The notes: generated from the sequence alone by a model not told the origin. Shown: positions 17,552 to 27,806, counted from the stretch's first letter. The stretch: DNA of 64,000 nt from an uncultured Bdellovibrionales bacterium (GCA_964459475.1 CAYWLN010000001.1:6137-70136), one strand, 5' to 3'. Made by a program: numbers and translations.

Positions 17552-18808
17552 TTACCCCTTTAGTGTACTGTGCTTGCTTATATTAAGCAAGATTCCCATG
17601 GCTGCCAAAATCACCGCCAGCGACGTCCCTCCGTAGCTAATAAATGGGAGCGGGATGCCCGTAAGTGGGATGAGTCCCGTGATAGCAGAGATATTGATAA
17701 AAGCCTGAAACACAATCCACGAGACGATACCGACGGCGAGGAGTCGTCCGAATTCATCCGGTGCCCGCGCGGCAATACGGAGTCCACGCCACGCCACAAA
17801 GAGAAAGAGTGAGACCACCACGACAGCGCCGATCATGCCGAGTTCCTCACCGAGGACCGCAAAGATAGAGTCGGTCACCGGCTCGGGGAGATAGTTGAAC
17901 TTTTGACGACTCTGGCCGAGCCCGGCCCCGACGATACCACCTGACCCGATGGCGAGGAGCGCCTGAGTCATCTGATACCCAAATCCCATCGGATCATGCT
18001 CGGGATTCATAAAGACGAGAAAACGCTGCATCCGATACGGGGCAATCTGGATAAGGATAAAAAGAAACAAGAGCCCCCCAGCAAAGAGACTGAGGATATG
18101 ACGGATACTGGCCCCAGAAGCAAAGAAGATAGCGAGCGAAATAAGGAAAATGAGTCCGAGCGTCCCGGTATCAGGCTGTTTGATGATGAGAAAGCCGACG
18201 ATAGAGAGAAGAGCGAGAAATGGCACCAGACCCTCAAAGAAATCGGATGTCTTGGCCCGACCCTTGCCTGAGAGCCAGGCCGAGAGGTAGAGAATGATAG
18301 CAAACTTCATGACCTCTGACGGTTGAAAGGAAATCGGTCCAATCTCGACCCAACGGGCCGCTCCATAGACCGTGGTCCCAAACCCGGGGATAAAAACGAG
18401 GACCAAGAGGACGAGCGCCGTGATAAAGATAGGGAGGACGAAGCGGCGCCACACCCGATAGTCGATTTGCTGGAGAATCAAGAGAAACGTGAGGCCCACT
18501 CCGAGACCAAGGAGTTGCTCCTTCAAGAAATAATAGTCATCACCAAAACGCACTCGACCGTACACCACACCGGCACTGGCGATCATGATGAGGCCGAGAC
18601 CGAGGAGGGATAGGAGAGCAAAAAACAGCGGTCGGTCAAAATTAAACGTTGGTCGTTTCATCGGTTTCTGTTGTTTTGGTATGAGTTTTGGCGACACTCT
18701 CGCGCCACTTGGCGATCGCGGCATGGTGACCGGAGAGGAGCACCTCTGGGACACGATTCCCCCGCCAAACTTCCGGCTTGGTGTACTGCGGGTGCTCGAG
18801 GACGCCAA
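17552..18808 (-). CDS. ftsW: SEDS family peptidoglycan glycosyltransferase FtsW/RodA (probable start MKRPTFNF at about 18661)
   Basis: 10-TM SEDS architecture. Position next to murG, murC and murB matches the division/cell-wall cluster. Confidence 0.85.
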   Translation of the reverse strand: MASSSTRSTPSRKFGGGIVSQRCSSPVTMPRSPSGARVSPKLIPKQQKPMKRPTFNFDRPLFFALLSLLGLGLIMIASAGVVYGRVRFGDDYYFLKEQLLGLGVGLTFLLILQQIDYRVWRRFVLPIFITALVLLVLVFIPGFGTTVYGAARWVEIGPISFQPSEVMKFAIILYLSAWLSGKGRAKTSDFFEGLVPFLALLSIVGFLIIKQPDTGTLGLIFLISLAIFFASGASIRHILSLFAGGLLFLFILIQIAPYRMQRFLVFMNPEHDPMGFGYQMTQALLAIGSGGIVGAGLGQSRQKFNYLPEPVTDSIFAVLGEELGMIGAVVVVSLFLFVAWRGLRIAARAPDEFGRLLAVGIVSWIVFQAFINISAITGLIPLTGIPLPFISYGGTSLAVILAAMGILLNISKHSTLKG

Positions 18809-19376
18809 CTACCGTGTGTGACTCGGTCACTGCACTCTCGTCATTGCCGAGTACCCCCGGCACGAGTCGTGCCACCGCGTCGACGACGATCATAGCGGGG
18901 AGTTCTCCGCCCGTGAGCACATATTCGCCAATCGAGAGCTCCTCATCGACGAGATGCTCCGCGACGCGCTCATCGACCCCTTCATAGCGCCCACAGAGAA
19001 GAATCAGTCGATCGTAGGTGGCGAGCCGCTTCACATCATCTTGGGTCATGATTTTGCCCTTGGCAGAAAAGAGAATGGTTCTGGTCGCTTCTGGCTGGTA
19101 GCTTGTAGCATCTCGCTCCTTTACCGCCTGAATACATGCTGCGATCGGCTCGACTTTGAGGACCATGCCTGCCCCACCACCATACGGTGTGTCATCGACT
19201 GTTTTATGCTTGTCATGAGCATAATCACGCAGTTGATGCGTCTCTACTTCAATCAGCCCCTTGTCAGAGGCACGCTTGAGCATCGACACGCCAAAATACG
19301 AGTCAAAACTTTCTGGAAAGAGTGAAATAATATCAAATCTCATGTGAGTCATGTTATCGCCTACATTATCATTCAT
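18642..19376 (-). CDS. trmD: tRNA (guanine37-N1)-methyltransferase
   Basis: 'RFDIISLFPESF...TPYGGGAGMVLKVEPI' SPOUT/TrmD motifs. Real start probably MTHMRFDII. Confidence 0.85.
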   Translation of the reverse strand: MNDNVGDNMTHMRFDIISLFPESFDSYFGVSMLKRASDKGLIEVETHQLRDYAHDKHKTVDDTPYGGGAGMVLKVEPIAACIQAVKERDATSYQPEATRTILFSAKGKIMTQDDVKRLATYDRLILLCGRYEGVDERVAEHLVDEELSIGEYVLTGGELPAMIVVDAVARLVPGVLGNDESAVTESHTVVGVLEHPQYTKPEVWRGNRVPEVLLSGHHAAIAKWRESVAKTHTKTTETDETTNV

Positions 19377-19404
19377 TGTAGCACAGCCAAGTACAGCTTT
19401 ACAG

Positions 19405-19438
19405 AAATAAAAAAGTTGCCGGAACTTTGTCCGACAAC
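19405..19438 (-). terminator. Rho-independent terminator (GTTGCCGGA / TCCGACAAC stem followed by a T-run on the minus strand)
   Basis: Read directly downstream of the stop of ORF 19444..20559. Confidence 0.45.
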
Positions 19439-19443
19439 GATGT

Positions 19444-20559
19444 TTAAACCGGCCTCAATTCCCAATCATTCCCAAGACTGGGGCTCGTGAAGCCTCGTAT
19501 GAGCCTAAGGTTCCGCTCATCGTTCGGCGCTAGAATCACAGACAAGATGCTGTGGAGTTGCCAATCGACTCCTGCTGGCACTTCATCTTGTTCGACGTTC
19601 ACGAGAAATACCGTAATCGGTTGAGCAAACACATCCAGCTTTGTCCTGATTCCGATCGATAATAAGTCATCCAAATCGGGTGGAACCCACACGTTGAGGC
19701 GATATTCCCCCTCTCTCATTACTTGGGAGTTCTCAACTATTATCCGCAATTCAACGACACGCCCCTTGGTAGGAAAGATATCCGATTTCCACAGTGTCCC
19801 CACCAAGCGACAAGTCGCACCGTAATAGCGAGCGACCCGTCTCATATCGTCGAGATACCACGACGCTTGCCGTCGAACATACAGCCGTATACCGTACCAC
19901 TCGATGATGTCTATGAACGCAATGGTACCCACAAACGAAGATAGGTCACTCATCCATTTGGCAGTCAATAAAAGCAATACGGTGTTGATACTGATAAGCA
20001 CCAATGCTCTCTTCCAAGATATGCTCCCTTCGAAGCGCTCCAGATCTCGCGCCAGCGCTGGTCTCGGGTAACCTCCCGGAAATGTCTCTGTGATCGGACT
20101 GTACTGGCGAAGAAATCTCTCGATTCTCCGCTGTATCTCATACAGCCCCATCCCTGACCAATGCGCCAGCTTGCCTGCCATAGCAAAGGTGCCGATGAAG
20201 TAAAGACTCGAGATGAGCACCTCGAACGCCGACAGTTCGAATTTCATGGGAAATCTCCTGCGCCGTAGCGCTTGTGGTTGTAAACGTGCCCCTATTGAGA
20301 GGCGATGGGAAGAACGCTGCCAAATTGTATGCAAACAAAAAGGCAGTAGTGAAGGGGTATCAAGAGCACATGCAGGATACCCCTTAGCTACTGCCTCGAA
20401 ACTGCGGGTTTCGAAACAGCTGGATCCCGCATCGAGTGCGGGATGACGCAGAATTACGTCATTTAATCTCACTATATATTGTGTTTCTGTTGAGGGTAAA
20501 TGATTTGATTTCTTTGGTGCCATCAGCCTGGATGACCGTGATCGACACTGGCACATCAT
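19444..20559 (-). CDS. Hypothetical membrane-associated protein (probable start MKFELSAF at about 20244)
   Basis: Two predicted TM segments after MKFELS. Upstream of that Met the reading frame passes through hairpin structures, so the N-terminal extension is unlikely to be coding. Confidence 0.4.
   Translation of the reverse strand: MMCQCRSRSSRLMAPKKSNHLPSTETQYIVRLNDVILRHPALDAGSSCFETRSFEAVAKGYPACALDTPSLLPFCLHTIWQRSSHRLSIGARLQPQALRRRRFPMKFELSAFEVLISSLYFIGTFAMAGKLAHWSGMGLYEIQRRIERFLRQYSPITETFPGGYPRPALARDLERFEGSISWKRALVLISINTVLLLLTAKWMSDLSSFVGTIAFIDIIEWYGIRLYVRRQASWYLDDMRRVARYYGATCRLVGTLWKSDIFPTKGRVVELRIIVENSQVMREGEYRLNVWVPPDLDDLLSIGIRTKLDVFAQPITVFLVNVEQDEVPAGVDWQLHSILSVILAPNDERNLRLIRGFTSPSLGNDWELRPV
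20341..20444. repeat. Three consecutive stem-loops (two-tier hairpin 20341-20396; CGAAAC/GTTTCG hairpin 20397-20413; ATCCCGCA/TGCGGGAT hairpin 20424-20444) downstream of the DUF4012 gene
   Basis: Inverted repeats read directly from the sequence. Either a multi-hairpin terminator or a small structured RNA. Confidence 0.4.
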
Positions 20560-21853
20560 TGAGACCCGGTTGCTTCTCTACCTTCAAATCATACCATGTC
20601 CGTTCCATGTCCTTCGGCAAGGTATAGCGAAGCGTCACCGTCTTTTCGGTGCCCAGTGGCACATGGACGAGCATCCCAAAATACTTTTTGTTGGCAAACT
20701 CACCAAATACGGGTTCGGTCGCGGTATTGGTCGCACTCGTGAGATAGCTCCCCTGTGGCACATAGACCCGGAGGAACGTCTGATAGTCTTTGGTAAACCA
20801 ATCCTTTTTCACGGCAGTGTGACGATACGTCACCGCGAGGGTCACTTCGGGGGCATCCTTGCCGAGGTCTACGGTATAATCATACGAACGCTTGACGAAA
20901 TAGTCACTCTTAAATGAGTTCAGGTTCGCATCCACGAGGAGGAGATAATCATCCTGCCAGTCGAGATCGAGACGTCCGTCCCAACCAGCTGCCACCACCG
21001 TCGCCTGCAGATTCTCATCACGAAACAAGAGCTGGACGTCTTTGCGATTGAGATCGTCGAGCATGACCTGGAAGAGCTCATACTTCTTGTTGAGAGGCAG
21101 GGCTTTGACTCGCTCGAGTATCTCGAGTCCGAGGATTCCCATCACTGATTTGCGTTCCCCAAAGTCGATATTTTGCTTGAGATAGCCCTGTTCCACCTGA
21201 TACTCAAGATCGAGGATAGCATTGTCGGCCCCATAGGTCCCTGGGTAGCCCTCGAGTTCCACCGGTCCAGTTACCCGGAGGAATGAGGTGAGGACGTTCG
21301 TAGTCACACCGATAATACCATCAAACTTTTCACCCCCCTGCCCCATCTGATAAAACGTTTCGGCCCACTTGGCATTTTCGGCAAAGTCAGGAGAATAGTT
21401 CGAATCACGAAACTTCCACGAAGGAATCTTGAGGGTTTCTTTCATGGGGTACGGTGGAGCAACCGTGTCGGGGATACGTCCGTCAAAGTTGCCGGTGTCA
21501 TGGACCAGAAATTGGGTGATATGACCATCACGAACCTTGAGAATACCAAAACTCCCGATGAAGCCACCGCCTGGGCGGAGCTCCATGCTATTCTGGAACA
21601 ACAACAGAAATGTTTTTTCCTGGCCATCGGTATCGAGGAGTGAGTCAGCGAGCGAGATGACGGTGTCGAGATCGGTCCGCGTCTCTTGCCCTACCGGGAG
21701 AATCCCAAGGAGCCGCTTCAGACTCTCGAGCCCGTGCGTGCGCACTTCCCAAAACACAAACCAACCGGTCAAAAAAATGACCGCCACGGTAACAAAGATG
21801 ATCCAAAACTTCTTAGAATGTTGCATGGTGATAGAAAAGAAATTATTTTCCAC
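20459..21853 (-). CDS. DUF4012 domain membrane-anchored protein
   Basis: N-terminal TM plus the hallmark 'ELRPGGGFIGSFG' motif of DUF4012. The family is common in small-genome Gram-positive and CPR lineages. Confidence 0.7.
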   Translation of the reverse strand: MENNFFSITMQHSKKFWIIFVTVAVIFLTGWFVFWEVRTHGLESLKRLLGILPVGQETRTDLDTVISLADSLLDTDGQEKTFLLLFQNSMELRPGGGFIGSFGILKVRDGHITQFLVHDTGNFDGRIPDTVAPPYPMKETLKIPSWKFRDSNYSPDFAENAKWAETFYQMGQGGEKFDGIIGVTTNVLTSFLRVTGPVELEGYPGTYGADNAILDLEYQVEQGYLKQNIDFGERKSVMGILGLEILERVKALPLNKKYELFQVMLDDLNRKDVQLLFRDENLQATVVAAGWDGRLDLDWQDDYLLLVDANLNSFKSDYFVKRSYDYTVDLGKDAPEVTLAVTYRHTAVKKDWFTKDYQTFLRVYVPQGSYLTSATNTATEPVFGEFANKKYFGMLVHVPLGTEKTVTLRYTLPKDMERTWYDLKVEKQPGLNDVPVSITVIQADGTKEIKSFTLNRNTIYSEIK

Positions 21854-22853
21854 CTGAAAGGAGTTCGTTCAGACGTCGTTTGTATTCTTCGATGGTCGGT
21901 TCATCCTTCTTCACTGGTTCCGGTGTGGCCGGCGCAATCGGAGTCGACTCGACAAAGCCATTCATGACCGGGAGATCAGCGAGCTCGGTCGTCTCCTCTG
22001 CTTCATCATCTGGGAAATTGGTCTCAAACTGAAAAGGGAGCTCGGTCGCATCCATCCCCGGGAGCAGTCGCTCCGTAGTCACACTTTCCGCCTCCGCTTT
22101 AGCCGGGGTCTCAGGTGTCTCTACCCGTGGTTTGGGAGCGGACTCAAATGTCATCACCGGACGCTCCGGGACAAATTTCTGAGGATCGATATATGGGACA
22201 CTCGCCCCGACTGGAAACTCAGGCGTCCGTCCTCGATCCCGACCAAAAAGAGTCGGGAGGAGCGACAGAAGCATAAAGAAAAGAGTGGTCAAAAAAAGCG
22301 CACTCCCGAGGCTCGTCACGACATACCGTATCGGCTCCCCGACAACCGTCTTGATGATTGGTTCATCAACGACGCGGAGATCGATATCGGTCTTCACATT
22401 ATAATAGAAAGCAGCCACCGCAAACAGGGCCCGCCCGGTCTCTTCTGAGAGACGCTTGGCCGATTCTGGTGACGCTTCGCGCGCGGTCACGACGAGTACG
22501 CCACTTTGAGCGCTACGATTGACGGTCACCATCTCGTTCCAGGCAGCTTTTCGCTCATCCTTGGTATACCCTTCGAAATGATCATCAATGAGATCATTGC
22601 CAGCGAGCACTCGCTCATAGAACGACAAATTGCGTGAAAGCTCGGTAAAGTTCTCAACCACCTGATCGGTTGCGACCGTAGGCACTTTGCCAATGACGAG
22701 GATACGCATCTCTGACTGATACACCCGGTAATCATCCAGCCATAAGAGAAGCGACGCGAGGGTGACAAAAAAAAGCGCCACAAAAAAAGAGCGACGCCAG
22801 GACGCATGAATCGGAATAAAATTAGCGACCTTGAGATTTGACATAGTGTTCAT
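21843..22853 (-). CDS. Wzz/CpsC-like polysaccharide chain-length determinant family protein
   Basis: N-terminal TM, soluble domain and C-terminal TM topology. Shares the 'WxxMVTVN' motif with the paralog at 36197..36859. Confidence 0.5.
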   Translation of the reverse strand: MNTMSNLKVANFIPIHASWRRSFFVALFFVTLASLLLWLDDYRVYQSEMRILVIGKVPTVATDQVVENFTELSRNLSFYERVLAGNDLIDDHFEGYTKDERKAAWNEMVTVNRSAQSGVLVVTAREASPESAKRLSEETGRALFAVAAFYYNVKTDIDLRVVDEPIIKTVVGEPIRYVVTSLGSALFLTTLFFMLLSLLPTLFGRDRGRTPEFPVGASVPYIDPQKFVPERPVMTFESAPKPRVETPETPAKAEAESVTTERLLPGMDATELPFQFETNFPDDEAEETTELADLPVMNGFVESTPIAPATPEPVKKDEPTIEEYKRRLNELLSGGK

Positions 22854-23991
22854 TCAAATTGCCTCCCGTCACATCGCGGTACACTTCGATCGTTTTCTTG
22901 GCCACGGCTTCCCAGCTGTAGTGCTCACGGACTCGCTCCTGAGCAGCCCGACCGAGGACAGCCACTTCGTCACTTTTGTTGATGAAATAGGCCAATTCTT
23001 TTTTGAGCCCTTCGATATCTTTGACTGGGAAGTAAGCGCCCGTATTGGCTACAGCCTCTTTGTGTGGTTCGATATCACTCACAAGTGGCAGGAGTCCGTG
23101 TCCCATCGCCTCCAGGAGAGCAAGCGACAATCCCTCTTGCTCAGAAGGCTGGACGTAGAGGTAGGCATGCGAATAGAGAGATTCCATCGCCTGTCCTGTC
23201 CGCTCACCGGCCATGATGATATTGGAGCGTCCCTCTGCCAAGTGCTTGAGAAACTTTTCGTACTCTTCGGTATCAGCATGTGTCCCCACGATCACCAACT
23301 TAAAGTTGTTGGGGATACGATTGGTGTCCTCCAGTTCCTTAAAGGCCTTGATGAGATAGTGTGTCCCTTTGTGTGGGACGAGCCGATGCACCGCGAGGAG
23401 ATAGCGCTTGGAACGAAGCCCAAGTTCGGAAAGTACGGTTGTATCTGATTCAAAAGCTACTTCGGCCCCACTCGGGATAAAGGTCACCGTGCGACCATAG
23501 GTCGATTTGGCATAGTCGATGAGGGTCTCACTTGAGACGATGGTGCGCTCCGGCACCGTACACGTGATGTATTCGGCCATATGGAGAAAGGTACGCGCCA
23601 TCCACCCCCACTTCTTGTGGGTATAATCACGACTGTGGAACGTCGCGACGACGCGACACTTGGGCTTCAAGAGTCGTGGGATGATTGAGAGGATGCTCGG
23701 CCCGATCGACTGATAGTGGATCACATCATACTCGGCAAAGAGGGCATGGAGCGTCGCAAACAGTGTATGCGAGATAGCATCGAGATGCTTGGTGTGGATA
23801 CTCGGGACATGCACGAGCTTCACCCCCTGAAAGGTCTCGAGTGTCACCGGGGTATAGTGTGAACGGACATAGACCGTCACCTCATGACCCTCAGCCACGA
23901 GACGAGTCGAGAGTTTCTCGACGTGCTTCTCCACCCCGCCCGCGATGGCAGGGATTCCCTTCTGGCCGATGAATGCAATTTTCATACTCAA
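22822..23991 (-). CDS. Glycosyltransferase family 4 (GT-B, retaining)
   Basis: 'KIAFIGQKGIPAIAGGVEKHV' N-terminus and a C-terminal EX7E-type region 'SEQEGLSLALLEAMGHG'. Confidence 0.8.
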   Translation of the reverse strand: MSMKIAFIGQKGIPAIAGGVEKHVEKLSTRLVAEGHEVTVYVRSHYTPVTLETFQGVKLVHVPSIHTKHLDAISHTLFATLHALFAEYDVIHYQSIGPSILSIIPRLLKPKCRVVATFHSRDYTHKKWGWMARTFLHMAEYITCTVPERTIVSSETLIDYAKSTYGRTVTFIPSGAEVAFESDTTVLSELGLRSKRYLLAVHRLVPHKGTHYLIKAFKELEDTNRIPNNFKLVIVGTHADTEEYEKFLKHLAEGRSNIIMAGERTGQAMESLYSHAYLYVQPSEQEGLSLALLEAMGHGLLPLVSDIEPHKEAVANTGAYFPVKDIEGLKKELAYFINKSDEVAVLGRAAQERVREHYSWEAVAKKTIEVYRDVTGGNLNEHYVKSQGR

Positions 23992-24021
23992 ACGGTCATG
24001 AGAGACGAGTCTCTCGGTGGG

Positions 24022-25089
24022 TTAGAAACCACGAAGTACCGGTGAAGTGCTGCCGACACGATTGGTGTCGATGCGATTGTCATTGATCCCTGTACCGAGA
24101 ATAATACCACCGAATGACTTGTAGCCGTTAGCAGTACGAGCGACACGAGCGATACCGTAGCGTCCATTGCCTACCAACTGGGCTTTCTTCAAGCCCACGT
24201 TACCGGCGGCACCATACGAGTTCACTTCGACACCCTCGCGGGCGTTGTTGCGGATACTGTTGGATTTAGACCATACCGAAGCGCCATCGAGAACCACCTT
24301 GATACCGGATCCGCCGTTACTATTGATGCGGTTGTCTTCGAGCCATGCCTCCATGCTGGCGGCCAGGTCGAGACCATCGCTCTTGTTGTTATGGATATTG
24401 CTATTGATAACGACGATATCACGCTTCTCAGAGTAGATACCGGCGCGAGCACTGTCTCGCACTTCAACGCTGTCGATCAGGGCTCGGTGCTTCTTATCAC
24501 GAGGAGCCGAGTCGATATGGATACCATCACGGCCACTCTTCTTGATAGTCACCTTGTAGATCTTGGCCTTGGCATCCTCGAGGACACGCACGCCATGACG
24601 ACCGCCTTCAATCGTGAGGAAGTTGAGTTCCGTCTGATGCTTCATAGTCACCGTCGGCTTGTCGCCGTTGTCAGACTTGATCACGACATCGCCGATATCT
24701 TTCTTCTTCCCAAAAAGCTTCACGCCCTTGGGAATGGTGATGTTTTCTTTGTACGTTCCCTTGGAAATATGAACGTTCGTTCCTTCCTTGGCGTTCTTGA
24801 GCGCTTTGGAGATACTGTGATACGGATGATTCGAGGTTCCCTCTTCAGAACCCTTGGCGTCCTTATCGACATAAACGTCTTTGGAGCCACCCAAAACAAT
24901 CACCGGGACGGCGATCAAAAGAGTCAGTGCGGTACCGAGTAAAACCTCTCGGGAAAGCCAAAAGTTACGACTTTGCATAGGGAGACATGAGTCAATTTTT
25001 AGACCTTTTATCTTAGCAAATTTTCGGCTTTTTGTCAAGGGTATGGTTTTGCGGTAAAATAGAGACACAAAATAGCCTAAAACAAACAC
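24022..25089 (-). CDS. Right-handed parallel beta-helix repeat protein (DUF1565/pectate-lyase-like), membrane-anchored or secreted
   Basis: Repeated 'N..R.NN...GI' beta-helix turns ('NSNIHNNKSDGLDL', 'SNSIRNNAREGVEV') and an N-terminal hydrophobic anchor. Confidence 0.6.
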   Translation of the reverse strand: MFVLGYFVSLFYRKTIPLTKSRKFAKIKGLKIDSCLPMQSRNFWLSREVLLGTALTLLIAVPVIVLGGSKDVYVDKDAKGSEEGTSNHPYHSISKALKNAKEGTNVHISKGTYKENITIPKGVKLFGKKKDIGDVVIKSDNGDKPTVTMKHQTELNFLTIEGGRHGVRVLEDAKAKIYKVTIKKSGRDGIHIDSAPRDKKHRALIDSVEVRDSARAGIYSEKRDIVVINSNIHNNKSDGLDLAASMEAWLEDNRINSNGGSGIKVVLDGASVWSKSNSIRNNAREGVEVNSYGAAGNVGLKKAQLVGNGRYGIARVARTANGYKSFGGIILGTGINDNRIDTNRVGSTSPVLRGF

Positions 25090-27200
25090 TCCGTATGAAT
25101 CTCAATCCTCTCTTTTCTCCGCGTTCTATCGCCGTCGTCGGTGCTTCGACCAAAGTCGGCAGTGTCGGCTCAAGTCTCACCAAGAACCTCCTCTCCTACG
25201 GCTACACCGGGCACATCTACCCCGTCAATCCCAAAACTGACCGTCTCTTTGATCTCCCCTGCTACCCCAGCCTCTCCGATATCAAGGAAGAAATCGATCT
25301 CGCCATCATCATCATCCCGGCTGCCCTCGTACCAGCCGTACTCCGGGAAGTCGGCGAAAAAGATATCCCCGCAGCGGTCATCATCTCATCAGGATTCAAA
25401 GAGACCGGAGCGGATGGTACCGCGCTTGAGGATGAGGTACGTGAGATCGCCGAAGAATACAACATTGCCCTCCTCGGACCCAACTGTCTCGGTTTTCTCC
25501 ATCCCGCGCTTGGTCTCAATGCCTCGTTTGCCAGTGGTATGCCCAAAGTGGGGGGTATCACCTTCTTTTCCCAAAGTGGCGCCCTCTGTACAGCCCTCCT
25601 TGATCTCTCGGCGGGACGACTCGGATTCTCAGCCTTTGTGAGTGACGGCAACAAGGCCATCCTCAGCGAAAAAGAGTTCCTCGAGTACTTTGCCCAGGAT
25701 GAAGAGACGAAAGTGCTCTCCTTCTACACGGAGGGTATGCGCGATAGTAAACATATCATCGAGACTGGTCGCGCCATCCTCGCTCGCTCCGAGCCCAAGC
25801 CCGTGATCGCACTCAAGTCCGGCACCACCGATGCCGGGACCGCCGCCTCAAGCTCACATACCGGGGCGCTTGCTGGGAGTAACGCTGCCTATGAAGCCCT
25901 CTTCCGCCAGGCGCGCATCATCCGCGCCGAGTCCCTCCAGTCACTGGCCAACCTCCTCATGGTCTTTTCTCGCAATCCCCTCCCCGAGGGAAAGCGGATC
26001 GGGATTATCACGAACGCCGGTGGTCTCGGTGTCCTCGCCACTGATATGGCCTCGCAGTGTGGCCTCACCCTCGCCACCCTCTCCGGAGAAACCGTCACCG
26101 CCCTTGACCCTCTCCCACCCTCGGCCTCTCGACACAACCCGGTCGATGTCTTGGGTGATGCTCCAGCCGACCGCTATCGTCTCGCCCTCGAGGCACTCGC
26201 CCGTGATCCCGAAGTCGACATGCTCCTCGTCATCATCACTCCCCAAACGACGACCGAGGTACGTGACACGGCGCTGGCTATCGTCGATACCAAACATCAT
26301 ACCGAGAAACCGATCGTCGCTATCATGTCAGGCGCTGGCGCCTTTGCCGAAGGGATAGCGATCCTCGATGAACACGAAGTAGCTGTCCTCACCTATCCCG
26401 AGGACGGGGCCCGTGCCCTCGGAGCGCTCGCTCAGGTCGCCAATTGGCGCACACACCAACTCTCTACTCCGTTTGCCTGGAGTGATATCGACCGAACCAG
26501 CGCGCAGAAGATTATCAAACAGGTGAGGGCTGATGGACGGACCACGCTCTACGAATCCGAAGTCTGGGACGTCCTCTCGGCCTATGGGTTTCAGTTCCTC
26601 CGAAGTGCTACGGTACACAGTGCCGACGAAGCTCGAGAGGCGAGTCGGGATTTTACTGGTCCGGTCGCCCTCAAAATAGTCTCACCCGATATCAGTCACA
26701 AGTCTGATGCTGGTGGCGTCATGCTCAATGTTAAACCAGAAGAGGCTGGGGAACAGTATGACGCGCTCCTCGCCCGAGTGGCCGAACATGTGCCCGAGGC
26801 CAAACTCGAGGGCGCGCTCATGGTCGAGATGGCTGAGACCGGTGGTCGTGAGATCATCCTCGGGATGAAAGAAGAGCCAGGACTCGGCCAGCTCCTTATG
26901 GTGGGACTCGGTGGTATCTATGTCGAGACCTTTCATGATGTAGCGTTCCGGTTTGCCCCACTCACCGAAGAAGACGCCCGTGAGATGGTCAGTGAGCTCG
27001 CGAGTCTCCCGCTCCTCACTGGTACCCGTGGACAGGCTGGCATCGATATGGACACGCTTCTCGGTGCCATCGGCCGGCTCTCGCTCCTCGTCCGAGACTT
27101 CCCAGAAATTGCCGAACTCGATATCAATCCCCTCCTCGCTTTTCCTGAAGCCTCGCGTTTCCGGGTCCTCGATGCCCGCATCCGATTGAAAGAAATCTAA
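25032..27200 (+). CDS. Acetate--CoA ligase (ADP-forming), fused alpha/beta (CoA-binding plus succinyl-CoA-synthetase-like plus ATP-grasp); probable start MNLNPLF at 25096
   Basis: 'SIAVVGAS...GYTGHIYPVNPK' CoA-binding motif, 'IITNAGGLGVLATD' ligase-CoA region and a C-terminal ATP-grasp. Confidence 0.8.
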   Translation: MSRVWFCGKIETQNSLKQTLRMNLNPLFSPRSIAVVGASTKVGSVGSSLTKNLLSYGYTGHIYPVNPKTDRLFDLPCYPSLSDIKEEIDLAIIIIPAALVPAVLREVGEKDIPAAVIISSGFKETGADGTALEDEVREIAEEYNIALLGPNCLGFLHPALGLNASFASGMPKVGGITFFSQSGALCTALLDLSAGRLGFSAFVSDGNKAILSEKEFLEYFAQDEETKVLSFYTEGMRDSKHIIETGRAILARSEPKPVIALKSGTTDAGTAASSSHTGALAGSNAAYEALFRQARIIRAESLQSLANLLMVFSRNPLPEGKRIGIITNAGGLGVLATDMASQCGLTLATLSGETVTALDPLPPSASRHNPVDVLGDAPADRYRLALEALARDPEVDMLLVIITPQTTTEVRDTALAIVDTKHHTEKPIVAIMSGAGAFAEGIAILDEHEVAVLTYPEDGARALGALAQVANWRTHQLSTPFAWSDIDRTSAQKIIKQVRADGRTTLYESEVWDVLSAYGFQFLRSATVHSADEAREASRDFTGPVALKIVSPDISHKSDAGGVMLNVKPEEAGEQYDALLARVAEHVPEAKLEGALMVEMAETGGREIILGMKEEPGLGQLLMVGLGGIYVETFHDVAFRFAPLTEEDAREMVSELASLPLLTGTRGQAGIDMDTLLGAIGRLSLLVRDFPEIAELDINPLLAFPEASRFRVLDARIRLKEI

Positions 27201-27203
27201 GTA

Positions 27204-27245
27204 AAGAAAAAAGCAGCCGGCCGCGATTGCGGTGACTGCTCGAAG
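27204..27245 (-). terminator. Hairpin (AGCAGCCGGCCGCGATTGCGGTGACTGCT) followed by a T-run on the minus strand
   Basis: Read directly downstream of the stop of ORF 27261..27764. Confidence 0.35.
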
Positions 27246-27260
27246 GTTCCGGTCAGATGC

Positions 27261-27764
27261 TCATGTACGGAGACCAGGGTCATCCGTGCGACGAAGGATT
27301 GACTCTCGCCGGCGCTTGAAATGCTCGGACGAAAATCGTTCGACAAACACCAAGAGATCGTCGACCGAATCGAAGACCCCGATTCTTTGGAGACCTTTGT
27401 CTCCAGCCCACAGCCGGTCCGAGAAACACTCAGCCCTGAAATACGGGTCCGTCTTCTCACCCGTCTTAGAATTTCTGAGCTGAAGGACCATTGCCTCACA
27501 CTTGGCGGGCTCCACGTAGCGGGTCCCGTCCTGCATGGGGTGCATGTACTCGCCCACCTGCTGTTCGAGCACCCACATGATGGCCCGAGCACGGACAGAT
27601 TCTTCCCGTGAGGGACGCACCACTTCTACGGGGATGAAACGATCCCCAGCTACGGCATTCTTGGGCACGTAGACGACAGAAAATTCGCCCTCGCCCGCAA
27701 ACGCAGCCGTCACGGTCAACAGGTAACCCAGCAACAAGGACCAGAAAATTTTCAACGCGGTCAT
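27261..27764 (-). CDS. Secreted hypothetical protein (signal peptide)
   Basis: N-terminal 'MTALKIFWSLLLGYLLTVTAAFA' signal peptide. No known domain recognised. Confidence 0.4.
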   Translation of the reverse strand: MTALKIFWSLLLGYLLTVTAAFAGEGEFSVVYVPKNAVAGDRFIPVEVVRPSREESVRARAIMWVLEQQVGEYMHPMQDGTRYVEPAKCEAMVLQLRNSKTGEKTDPYFRAECFSDRLWAGDKGLQRIGVFDSVDDLLVFVERFSSEHFKRRRESILRRTDDPGLRT

Positions 27765-27806
27765 TACTCCCCCTCAGGGTGGTTGGAAATGTTAAACAGC
27801 TACAAT

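Noticed and set aside
20245-20559. N-terminal 105 codons of ORF 19444..20559 (MMCQCRSRSSRL...)
   Set aside because: Cys/Arg/Ser-rich, low-complexity translation that runs through three strong hairpins. The hydrophobic protein begins at MKFELS.
25141-26358. Plus- and minus-strand ORFs of 132-175 aa within the acetyl-CoA synthetase gene
   Set aside because: Alternative frames of a strongly supported gene with Pro/Ser/Arg-rich, low-complexity translations.
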